NCBI GenBank assembly: GCA_951406725.2
Contig: OX597815.1
Span: forward strand, 35,484,001-35,546,000
Origin: Octopus vulgaris
Taxonomy: Eukaryota
DNA length: 62,000 bases
Direction of reading: 5' to 3'
Position numbers and translations under genes: made by a program. Shown in pieces: positions 33,761 through 45,463 of this stretch. The notes beneath the pieces were generated by a model. That model was given only the letters and a program-made list of their open reading frames with translations. It did no database searches and was not told where the DNA came from. Every line of letters begins with the position of its first letter. Position 1 is the stretch's first letter.

Positions 33761-34152
33761 CTAGCAGTATCTCTCGGCGTTGCTCGGGTTTGTTTCAACC
33801 CTTTAGAATTGGAATTTTTGAAAAGTAAAAATTTTGCATTATGTAGCTTGTTATTCTCTTTAAGTGAACATTTTTCTGGTTGAAATACACCGAAAAATGG
33901 CGACACATCAGAAAAAAATCGTTAAAAAATAGGGATTTTCATAGAAAAAAAGCACCTTTTTGATGTAAATAATTTTTGGTGTTAACATGGTCCAATTTGA
34001 AATTTTTCTTCTACGGAAGGAAGAGCAAGCCTTCTTCTATCATACTTGCAATTTTGGTCAACCTGTGCCGCAGGGTCTCGGAGGAGATAGTGTTAGTTGG
34101 AGGCTACCAAACCTGCCATACACAGACAACTTCAGCTTTATATAGAGAGAGA
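33761..34152 (-). mobile_element. Non-autonomous Helitron
   Basis: On the minus strand it starts A|TC (34152) and ends CTAG|T (33761), with an imperfect GC-rich hairpin (cccgagcaacgccgag) about 10 nt from the 3' end. Confidence 0.65.
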
Positions 34153-34233
34153 TATATTCGAACGAATGAGTACCCAGTTCTTGTAGAGGATATATGGTTT
34201 TTTTGTTTTTTTAAAACTGACACTGAGAGTTTG

Positions 34234-34276
34234 TTTTGCGACTTGAGTTTCACACTTCTGCTATCATCAGGCAAAA
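34234..34276 (-). ncRNA. Minimal type I hammerhead ribozyme motif (helix II degenerate)
   Basis: Minus strand reads TTTTGC-CTGATGA-tagcagaagtgt-GAAA-C-TCAA-GTC-GCAAAA. Helix I is a perfect 6 bp, the core is intact and the GUC site is present. Helix II pairs poorly. Confidence 0.6.
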
Positions 34277-34917
34277 GGGCTTAATAAAAATGAATAAAAT
34301 CAGATTTAGAGCAATAAGCTATGATATATATAATTATAGTTAGAATGAATTTACACTGGGAAATATAAACAGGTATTTTATATTCAAATAAATACATACC
34401 TACATAATATATACATATATTCATATACTTACATACAACACACATACACACACATGCGCGAGTGTGTGTGTGGGTGTGTGGGTGTGTGTGGGTGTGTTTT
34501 ATATATTTTTTTCTCCGTATGCGAATGCAATGCATGTTTCTAGCAGTTACAAGTATTAAAAGATATTGTCGTTAGCTTAAGACAGCTGTAAATGGATACT
34601 GATAATGTACGAGGTTGGTTCTGTTGAAACGGAGAAGTTAAGTCGGACAATAATAGAAGCAGACGAAATGTCGAGAAATTAGTTAAAATGCTTCCTGCCA
34701 GCAAAATACCATGCTTTACAGAAACGGCCGCAATTCCTGAAATTAACATTTGAGAAAGCAAGTCACGAATATCACTTCTAAAAACTCTTCCCTGTCCTGG
34801 TAAAAAAAAAAAGAATCAATTAACCAAACTAGGGACACTCCTGGTTACTAGCTTGTAGAGTACGTATATATATATATATATATATATATGGGGGAGGTGT
34901 GATTTGTGTCTGGGGGG

Positions 34918-35246
34918 TGAAGGCGCATGGCTCAGTGGTTAGAGCGTCGAGCTTACGATCGTGAGGTTGTGACGTTCGATTCCCGGACCGGGCTGTGTTG
35001 TGTTCTTGAGCAAGACACTTTATTTCACGTTGCTCCAGTTAACTCAGCTGTAGAAATGAGTTGCGACATCACTGGTGCCAAGCTGTATCGGCCTTTGCCT
35101 TTCCCCTTGGATAACATCAGTGGTGTGGAAGGCTGGTATGCATGGGCGACAGCTAGCCTTCCACAAACAATCTTGCTCGGACTTGTGCCTCGGAGGGTAA
35201 CTTTCTAGATGCAATCCCATGGTCATTCATGACCGAAGGGGGTCTC

Positions 35247-35248
<2 letters not shown>
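34918..35248 (+). mobile_element. tRNA-derived SINE, family 2 head with a third tail type
   Basis: ggcgcatggctcagtggttagagcg...gttcgattccc...gttgtgttcttgagcaagacactttatttcacgttgctcc. Confidence 0.75.
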
Positions 35249-35308
<60 letters not shown>

Positions 35309-35593
35309 TGGGCCGACTCTTGATACACAGCCTATATAAGCTTATAAACCAGATCCAAAAATGTCGCCATCGCCGACTACCTACATTACTGGTGGTGTGT
35401 AAAGTTTATTTTCTCTGAATGATAGCATTAAGGATTTTCTGTATGAAACTTAGAAGTCGGAATTTGAAATTCTATTTAGATTCACGATCGAAATAACATC
35501 ATTTACTTCTCTGTAACCGACAAGTTGACTAATCTACGAATTTATTTTACAATCAACGTCCTCGCTATAATATGAGGTATGTCAATCTAATAT

Positions 35594-35807
35594 TGGTTTC
35601 AAATTTTGGCACAAGACCAGCAATTTCAAATTTTGGCACAAGACCAGCAAATCGACCCAAGTGTTCAACTGGTTCTTATTTAATCAACCCGGAAGAGATA
35701 AAAGACGAAGTCGACCTCGGCGGAATTCGAACTCAGAACGTAAAAACGGACGAAATACCGCTAAGCATTTTGCCCGGTGTTTTAACGATTCTACCAGCTC
35801 TTCGCTT
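35594..35807 (-). mobile_element. SINE (family 1) with 16-bp target-site duplication
   Basis: TSD tatgtcaatctaatat at 35578-35593 and 35808-35823; internal direct duplication of caatttcaaattttggcacaagaccag. Confidence 0.85.
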
Positions 35808-37119
35808 TATGTCAATCTAATATAGGCGTAGTGAAATAAAAACTAAGATCGAGCTCTCCAGAGAAAAACCAAACTAGAAATAGAAAACATGATTTTGAAA
35901 TGGACTCAACTATTTACAATAATTTAGCTGCTATCAAACTTCTATCAGTTCCAACGCTGAATTACTGGTCTGAAAAGAAAACAACTCGAGTGACGACATT
36001 TAAATAACGTTATGTTTACAATCTTAGAATTATGAAGCGTCACGACGCAAACATACACCGTATAGAAATATAAACCAGGTGAACAGAGTAAATATATGTT
36101 TGCCAATACGATGACATTTGTATAAAAGAAAATATTTCGTTGAAAACTGAAAATTCACTTCTGTAAAAATAGTATAAATAAAATCGACAGTGATCAACAA
36201 AAACAAAGCAATATGCTATATAACTCAGAAACAATTTTTTTAAAAGATAGATAAAAAGCACTTATGTGATAAAAACATTTTCAATAAACAATTCAAAAAG
36301 AAATGTGTGACAAAAATATTCTTTACATCTCCACATATTGACAACGGGTTTGTCAAAAACAACAAACTGCTACAAAGATATTGAGAAGGAACGTAGTAAA
36401 GTCGAACATACTAAGAGCAATGACGGAAATAAAATATGAAAAACAAAATCTAAAGGAATAATTATAAATATATTGATATTAACTGAATTACGCTTGAATG
36501 AAATTGTATAGTCGTTATAAACACAACTGAATTGCCATTTGTTATGTTATCTGGTTTTGGAATCACAGCTGTTCTCGAGACGCCAGCTGAATGTCAGCAT
36601 AACCAGACATGTCACTGTAACCTCATCTTTTTAAGATTTCCGACTCGGTAACAAAACGATTGGTTGATAGTGATGGAAAGAGAATATATTGATATTTTGT
36701 CCTGAGTCAGAAAAGTGGTCGGCTCACCGACATAAGCGTGTCAAATGCTTCACTTTTGTTAACCTAATACTACTCTGGGGTAAGAGCTAAATAAGTGCTA
36801 TACCTAGTAGAATTTAATTAATTAGTTAATTAATTTTTGTTTAATTTAATGTCTCAGAAGCTTGTGAAATTATCGGTTCTTCACTGGTTTGTTGTTAGCG
36901 AGTGGACAACAGATGAATTTCAAAATGCCATCAGCTAATACAATATCCACCAGGCTTTTTAACATCCATCTAGATTCTACAAGTATTTGTTTAATCGATC
37001 ACTTACTTTCTAAAGGGATTAAAGGTTGAGATGACCTCTGCCAGTGATATCAAATAAGGATAAGGTTATTAGTTAATCATTCATTGAAATTTCGATCTTG
37101 AAACTGTAAAATACCAATT

Positions 37120-38000
37120 TCGTCGTTAGTTTGATTGCTGTTATCACCCCCAACTAATTTGTTCGTTGTTATCGGCCCCACCAGCATACTCATTCGTATT
37201 ATTCGCATCAATTTATTTATTGCAGGCACTCCCACCTATTTGTTTATTGATAGCAGGTCAAAGTATTCGTTGCTATGGCTTCCACCACTGTTCGTTGCTC
37301 TCACCCCTACCAGTTTGTTCGTTGCTATAGCTCCCAACAATTTCTTCGTTGCTCTCACCCCCACCAATATTTTCGTTGCTATATCTCCCCACCAAATTGT
37401 TCGTTATTATGGCTCCCAAGAATTTGTTCGATGCTCTCACCCTCATCAATTTGTTCGTTGCTATGCTCCACCCCCACTCACCCGCCACAATTTGTCTATT
37501 GTTTTGTTATTCTCACCCCCACATCAATTTCCTCGTTGCTGTGACTCCCAACAATTTCTTCGTGGCTCTCACACTCCCATCAAATTTGTTCGTAACTAGG
37601 ATTTTCACCAGCTTGTTGGTTGCTAACCCCAGAACAAATTTGTTCATTGCTAGCAACCTCACCAATTTGTACGTTGCTGACTCCCACCAATTTTTTCATT
37701 GCTAACTCCCTCACAATTTGTTCGCTGCTCTGACTACCAACAATTTGTTCGCTGTTCTGACTACCAACAATTTGTTCGCTACCCTTACCCCCATCAATTT
37801 GTTTGTTGCTATCTTCCCTACAAGATTGTCCCTTGATAGTGCTCTCGTTATTTTGTTCGGCGCTATCACCCATCAATTTTTTCATTACAGCTTCTAACAA
37901 ATATATTCGTTACTAGCATTTTCACCTGTTTGCTCGTTTCTAGTGCTCACACGAAAGTTATTCGTTCATAGCATTCCCATAAGTTTGTTCATTAATAACA
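37120..38000. repeat. Degenerate ~27-bp minisatellite
   Basis: Recurrent unit aatttgttcgttgct(atagctcccaac / ctcacccccacc) over about 880 bp. Confidence 0.8.
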
Positions 38001-40671
38001 CTCCCATAAATTTCTTCTAACTATATCATTTTCTTTCTTGTTCTTTTACCAAGCAAGATGGTTTAGCGAAATCTAATTCGTATTTCGTTTTGCAGCAATG
38101 TACAACCAACCATTCATTATATATGGGCTTAATATTTTCCTGCGAGAAAATATTCCCTTGACTACTTCGGTTAGCTACTGTAAATAATTAGTAGTTATCG
38201 ATGTAAAACTGAGCTGCTACATTTGCAAATGGTTGAATCTAACGATGAAGTTTTTACTGGTTTTATTACAGTGCTGTCAAGGCGGTGAGCTGGCAAAATA
38301 GTTAGCACACTGGATAAAAGGATTTACTGTATTTTCTCCGCCTTTGCAGTCTGAGTTCTAATTCCACCGAGGTTGGCCTCGTTTTTCATCTTTTGGGGGT
38401 CGGTGAAATAAGTATCAGTTAAGCACTGAAGTTGATGAAATCGACTAGCGCCCCCACACACACACACACACACCTAAAGTTTCATGCTTTGTACTTATAG
38501 TAGAAAAGACTATTATAACGGAGTCAAGAAAGCGAATTTGCAGAATCGTTAGCAAGCCGGACAAAATGCTCAGTGGCATTTCTTACGACCTTATGTTTCG
38601 AGTTCAAATTCTGCTGAGGAAGACTTTATCTTTCATCCTTTCGGAATCAATAAAATAAGTACAAGGTCAATATAATCCACTAGTCTCCTCACCCAAAATT
38701 TCAGGTTTTGTGTCTCGAGTAGAATTATTATAGTGGTGTAAGCCACGGAGCCTCCACAGAATACAGGTCTTCTTTTTTTTTCTTTTTTCTTTTTTTCGAT
38801 TTCTCTGACTTACCCTCTTGTTTTTCGAAAGGTATTTGAAACTGGCTCGTTTTTATAACTTATTTCCTTGCTCGCCTTCATCTTCATCTCCTTTTCCTCT
38901 TGATCAGCCCCATCTTATTTCTTTCATCCCTCTTTCTTGCTTTCCTTTTCTTGTGAAAAATGACGTTCGAATGTAAAGTGGGCTCTCTTAATACATGTGG
39001 GTGAAAGGTACCCCGATTCGTTTTATTTTGGGAGAGTAATAACCGATCGTGTATCGTAAGAGATCTATTCAATCAATACCCAATTATTCTGTTGTCCCAC
39101 TTACATCTGCAGCTTCTATAACACTGTATATAACAAGTTAACATCTGAATCAAAAGCTCAGCGATGCAGGCCAGGAATAATGTATTGCAGTTCAATTGTT
39201 CCAATCTTTCCCCAGTTTTAAAAAATGATTTCGGCAAATGTTATTCTAACCCCTACGAGCCAAATCATATTGAGGTCTACATATAAATCAAACCATTAAA
39301 TATCAAGGACTTGGTCAGTTCGTAAAAAGGGAAAACATTCTCAACTTCCTCTGTAGTCTTACAATACTTCCCTTACACTGACGTTAGATACAGGAAACAA
39401 TCAAGGTAAACTTCTAGATCTTTCCCCACACCGAAGAAATACCCTAGTTTCCAAAAAAAACTCAAACACGTGTGGTTCCCCTCATGGCCGCAGCTACTAC
39501 ATGGGAAACAATAATTTCATCAAGATATTTAGCGTGATTAGAACCTTGAATTTTAAATTGAGGAATTTAACCAAGGAGTAGGGGCCGAAACTGGACGTGG
39601 TTCATCCTGATGATGTCTTGAGCTAATTGGATCCTATAAAGGAGCAGACCACGAAACACGGTTGAAATTCCTCAGGAAAAGATACGGAGAATTCACATAT
39701 TAATTGCTTCATTTATTTACAATTATTATTACGAAGTTCAACATTTTTGTCAATGTTATAGACAATGTACACATCCAGAGCTAACAAAGGGCGTACCATT
39801 GTATCCTTCCAAACAGTTACTGCTTCACAGAGTATCGAGAATGACGTACAGTATTTCTTAATCTACAGCTTTTTGTTTAGCATTCATCTGTAATGTCAAA
39901 TAATTACTTCAACTCCGTATGAATAATTACTGTTGCAAATTAATTAAATTCATCTAAATATTTTAGTGTCTAACTTTTCGATAATAATGGTTCCATACAT
40001 TTTTAAAACAAGTTCTTGCGGTTAATTAGCTATCAATTGAAGGCGGCGAATTGGCAGAATCGTTCTGACAAAATGCATTTCGCTACATTTCTTCAGGCTC
40101 TTTGTTCTAAGCTCAAATTCAGTCGTAGTCAACTTTGCCTTTCATCCTTTCCGGATCGATAAACTTCGTTCAAAATTAATGGTCTTATGCCAAAATTAGA
40201 AAGAACAGTCTGTCACTGTTATGAGTCAAAAGAATTGGTAAAACAATTGAACAAGCTGTTCATTCCTACCAAAAAGACCTTCGTGGGACTTAATTCTACA
40301 GTGAGGTCAAACGTATAAGGATATATAATTTATCCGTAACCTACGTTGTATTGCTTTTTAATTAAACTTGAACTATTATGTAAATGAGATTAAGTCACAT
40401 GCTTGTTTACTTTTTAATGTGTAGTCTTCTGTGACATTCGGCATTTTGTGAAAGAGAGACATTCAAATCCTGGTGGTTTCTTAAATAACAATGAAGCTAA
40501 TCGCTTCGATCCTCATTCCAAACAACCGAAAATCCCTCCTGTGTCTTAAATTTACAGCAAGACTCACTACATATGACTTATTATGACTGCTATTTCATAG
40601 GAAAGAAGGGAGGCAATTTCCATCAAAATCTATTTTTTTTAGAGTTGCTTCCCTTTATAAAGTAAACAATC

Positions 40672-40815
40672 ATGGCGTCGTCCTTTAAACATGTTGGTTT
40701 GAAGGCACGTTACGCGCAAGGTGCGTGTCATTTCTCTATGTCCAAATTATTGTCACCTTCATCACATCATCGACAACGTTCTTTAATACCTACTACTGCT
40801 GTACATACAATGACA
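40672..40815 (+). CDS. WARS2: Mitochondrial tryptophanyl-tRNA synthetase, exon 1 (putative mitochondrial targeting peptide)
   Basis: ATG at 40672; 48 codons MASSFKHVGLKARYAQ...TTAVHTMT rich in R/K/S/H with no acidic residues; donor ACA|GTAAGT at 40816, phase 0, matching exon 2. Confidence 0.8.
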
Positions 40816-41751
40816 GTAAGTATAAATTCGACTGTAAATTCCATTCAAAGTTCAAAAGTATGATATTCCGTGAATGTCACCTTACAGATTTGTATTTATG
40901 TTTGGTGTTTCTCTTAATATTTACTGATAGCTTATTGTGAGGGGACTTTTGAAGTTTAGAGGGTAGAGATGTGAATGACATTTTCCTGCATCCGTTTTTA
41001 TCTTTAAATAATTACACTTATTGCCATATATTTGCATGTATTTCTTTATCTGCTTGAGAAGTGCAGTGCTCGTAGCCTTTTCACATCCTCCTAACATGTA
41101 TAATATAAAATTATATACGTCTTCCTTTTGTGTTATTGAGGGTCACTAAATGGCTCGTATCCTGTGACTAGCGCTAGACAATGTCCTCAACAACGACACA
41201 GTTTACGCGGGTCAAATCCATCAGCTGAGGGAAAGCACTGTGTTGTCCGACTTGTTCGAAATGGGTGGGTCGAATTTCCCTCAAATCACCAACTACCGTT
41301 TTAAACAAGAAAGATCCATTAAATCATGTATTCCTACATATCTCTCCAAAATAAAATGTGATGGCCACAACTAATCAGCAACAACAACCTCACTAACTAC
41401 ATACTGAAGTGCATATCACCCATTAAACGGTGGAGACGTGTTCATTAACATGTAAAGCGGAGTAAATTAGAAATGAATGAACTCCACCACTTCGAGATGC
41501 CCGATGTATACTAGATAGAGTTATGCCTGTCATTCGTATTTCGTTCTTCTCTTTCTCTTCTATTATCATTCCATTCATATCTAAGATGCATTATAGGAAT
41601 AATTCAACCCCAACAGTGGACTGGTACTTTTACTTTAGTCACTTCAAAAGTTAAATTTGGCAAGATTTTAATTCAGAATGAAAGAACTTTGCCAAAATAT
41701 GACCAGGCATTTTAGCCATAACTCTAAACTTTCATCCAATCCACTGCCTTA

Positions 41752-42980
41752 ATCATCATCGTTTAACGTCCGTTCTCCATGCTAGCATGGGTTGGACGGT
41801 TCGACCGGGATCCAAGGTAGTTTGGATGAACTGGGGCTTCTGTGAAGTTGGTGCAGGAAACAGCCATAAACTCACACATCTCTCCTCATTCATCCATAGT
41901 ACATGACCATACCAGCGCAGACGTCTCTCTTGCACGCCACGTCTGATGCTTCTTATGTCCAGCATTTCTCTCAGGGTGCTTTCACTCTGTCGTGTGTGCA
42001 CACTGACATTACACATCTAGCGGATCATGCTAGCTTCATTTCTTTCAAGCCTACGCATGTCCTCTGCAGTCACAGCCCATGTTTCACTACCGTGAAGCGT
42101 GGCAGATCACATACATGCATCGTACAATCTACCTTTCATTCTGAGCGAGAGGCCCTTTGTCACCAGTAGGGGTAGAAGCTTTCTAAACTTTGCCCAGGCT
42201 ATTCGTATTCTAGTGGTGACACTCTCTGAACATCCACCTTCACTACTAACTTGGTCACCCAGGTAGCGGAAACTATCAACTACTTCTAGTTTCTCTCCCT
42301 GGAGTGTGATGGAATCTGTTTTCTGAGTATCTGTGATGTCTATTGCACCTGTGCATCTGCCGCACATGAAAGCTATCTTCTCAGTTAATTTTCCTTTGAT
42401 GTTGCTGCACCTCTTATGCGTCCATAGCTTATACTGGGTACATCTTATGGAGTTTCTACCTACACCTTTTCTACAGATTGAACAGGGCCAGTTACTTGAG
42501 GGGGTGTGTGATGAGTTCGCTTTCTTACTTACTATAACTTTGGTCTTTGCTACATTGACTCTTGTAGTTGTCGAACCAGGAATATGGCATCAGTGGTGCT
42601 TCTACCTAGCACAAAACCAAACTGCATCTCATCTTAGCAGACTCTCTCCCTAATGAGATGGGCTATGACCCTCTCTGTGACCTTCATCACCTGATCTAAC
42701 AGTTTAATACCCCTGTAGTTATTTCTATCTAGAGCATCACCATTACCCTTGTAGCAGTTGACTATGGTGCTGCTATGCCAGTCATTGGGTATGACTCCAT
42801 TATGAACTACCTGGTTTACAATGTGGGTGACTAGGCCATAGTCCACACCACCAGATGTTTTAAGCATCTCAGCAGTGATTCCTGATGGGCTGGGGGCTTT
42901 TTCTGGCTTCATACCCTTAACTGTTTTATCTATAAGGGAGCTGTCTATTCAGATAGCTAGTCCCTCTACTGGGTCAACAT
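41752..42980 (-). mobile_element. Internally deleted RTE LINE in WARS2 intron 1 (antisense)
   Basis: RT N-terminus (KAPSPSGITAEMLK..NYRGIKLL..MQFGF..GRSTTDAIF), a PHD-like Cys/His cluster, FRYLGD thumb, ERRLRWYGHV and a (GAT)n tail. Confidence 0.88.
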
Positions 42981-43416
42981 TTAGCAGGCTAAATTTTGCG
43001 ATCAGCGAAGATCATAAATTGATCTTTTTTCCAAAAATGAGCAATTTCAGTACAACAAAAATGGTAGTAGCTAATCATAAAAATCTAAGGTCATTTTCAG
43101 AATCAGCACCATCAAATAAGCTACAAAAACATGTTCTGTTTCTTGGCACCAAAAATTGTGTTGACCAGTGTTATTAGTGATGGAAGCAGTATCAGTACTA
43201 AAAGGCAGTCTTTATATTCAACTTCATATGGATCTCTTGTTAGAATACCAAATACTGAGGTATTCATCTTGAGAGGTCCTCTCTAACATTTTATCTTTCT
43301 GAGAATAAGCAGCTATATAGGCCCTAGAGGTCTGATTTATTCCCTCTTGTAAAAATTAATTTTTGTGCTTCGTTGAAAAGAAGTCCTAATTATGTCTTAA
43401 TTATGTCATTACACAG

Positions 43417-43607
43417 GAATCAAACCCAGATCACTCGTCACAACGGTTATTTTCAGGCATCCAGCCAACATCAGATGTTCCACATTTAGGCAATTATATT
43501 GGTGCTATCAAGAACTGGGTCAGTCTACAGGGCAAACACTCTTCAGTAATCCTCAGTTTAGTTGACCTTCATACAATTACACTGCCTCACAAACCTCAAC
43601 AGCTCAG
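43417..43607 (+). CDS. WARS2: WARS2 exon 2 (Rossmann fold, HIGH-like motif)
   Basis: Acceptor ACACAG; encodes ESNPDHSSQRLFSGIQPTSDVPHLGNYIGAIKNWVSLQGKHSSVILSLVDLHTITLPHKPQQL, with TrpRS signatures FSGIQPT..HLGNY.GAI..W and VDLH.IT; donor GTAGGT, phase 2. Confidence 0.96.
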
Positions 43608-43772
43608 GTAGGTGTGAAAGCATTAAGAAACATTTTCATTGAAATAACTGCTTTGAAACATGTACCAAATTATCTGTTCATTTGTCTTAATTCCATTAGA
43701 ATTTGATATGAAGTGTGCTGTAGTTTTAACTAAGATTTGGGTTTTAAATATCATGGATATTTAAATATTTAA

Positions 43773-43982
43773 CCCTTTCGTTACCAAACCGGCTCTGGCT
43801 CTGAGTACAAATATCTTGTTTTCATAAGTTTTGAATTAAAATCTTCCACCAAACCTTAGTCACAATTTATGTTCCTAACACTAGCTGAATGTTAACTAAG
43901 TTATTTTGATAAACTCTTTGTTATATTTAAAGTAATTGAAAGAAACACAGAGCATCTCAAAATAAATACAGTAACAAAAGGG
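43773..43982. mobile_element. piggyBac-type MITE
   Basis: Ends CCCTTTCGTTAC...GTAACAAAAGGG, flanked on both sides by TTAA. Confidence 0.75.
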
Positions 43983-44806
43983 TTAATGAAGCTGACTGGC
44001 TACTACAACAACCCTAGTCTCTGCATATCACTACCCTCACACATTTCTCAGCAACAATAATAACTTCATTCCATCTCCAATTTCTCCATATGTCCTCATA
44101 AAATGGCCCTAACCCCAAAATATCAAAGAAATACAAGTTAAGATGTAACTGTGCTGTCTTCATTTTTGTATTTCATTTCTTACAGTTTCAGTCTTAACAA
44201 GTTTTTATCTAACTTAATATTACACAATGCTTCGCCCAAACTTCTCAATTCTAATATAACCTAAGATTTAGTTGATAAATACGGATTGTTCAAAGATGAT
44301 GTTCCATTGAGTTATACTTAACTGATGCTAAATTTCACTATCCCCAAACAAATACAATATTTCAGATAACTTTACCTACCTTTATGAAGCTTCTTCCTTA
44401 ATTAATGAATCATTACTTCAATGTCTTAGATAAGTTTTTTTTTTTATACATATATATTTACAGCCACACTACATCTTAATCTGTTTGATCTGTAATTATC
44501 ATAATTGTTTCATTCTCAGATATATTACACTGTATTGGATTGAATTCGAATTAGGAACCTTTATTCCTAAACTAAGGCTCTTGTCTACTACTACTATATC
44601 ACTGACTCTTGAACAATTAGTGTAGATGTAAATATGAAAATATGTTTCATCTTTAAAAAGGAAAAATTATTATTGTTAAGTTTATGTACCAATATTATTG
44701 GCATTTCATTACTGTCCATACTTTATACAGTAAACTCTACGGTATTACATACTGTCATATATTAGGTATAATTTTAATGATGATGTTGATGATAATGGTA
44801 GCAGTG

Positions 44807-45039
44807 AAGGTGGCGAGCTGGCAGAAATGGTAGCACGCCGGGTGAAATGCATAGCCGTATTTCGTCTGCTGTTATGTTCTGAGTTCAAATTCCGCCGAGG
44901 TCAACTTTGCCTTTCATCCTTTCGGAGTCGATTAAATAAGTACCAATTATGCACTGGGGTCGATTACATCGACTTAATCTGTTTGTCTGTCCTTGATTGT
45001 CCCCTCTGTGTTTAGCCTCTTGTGGGTAGTAAAGAAATA
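44807..45039 (+). mobile_element. Full-length SINE (family 1) with 16-bp TSD
   Basis: TSD gataatggtagcagtg at 44791-44806 and 45040-45055; A and B boxes and core present. Confidence 0.9.
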
Positions 45040-45463
45040 GATAATGGTAGCAGTGGTATGTGTGATAGTGTTGCAGTTGGTGCAGATACCACTAATAGAA
45101 CTGGTGTTACATTTATTGTTTCATAAGGTCAGGTGCTTTGCCCTATTGACATGGTTTTAAGTGGAAAAGTTAAGTCCTTTAGTGAAGCACACCAGATATT
45201 AAAGATGACAAGCAAAGAATATTATGTACCAGTTCCTACCAGCTATGTGCACTAAAGCATATAGAATTAAGGATTTGGGCCACAGACAATAAAACACCTG
45301 TATTAATATTAATATTGTGTGCAAGTTCACTATCTTAATATAGAATTCTAGTATTAACCAAAAGTTTTACACTACTTTTTCATGAGAGAAACATCATGAA
45401 ATTTGTGACTTTTAGGAAATAGTTAAATAGAATTTGCAATATTCAAGGCTATCTCAAGGGCAT

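Noticed and set aside
40640-40665. TATA-like TTTATAAA upstream of WARS2
   Set aside because: It is only ~12-19 nt before the ATG in AT-rich DNA, and the transcription start is unknown.
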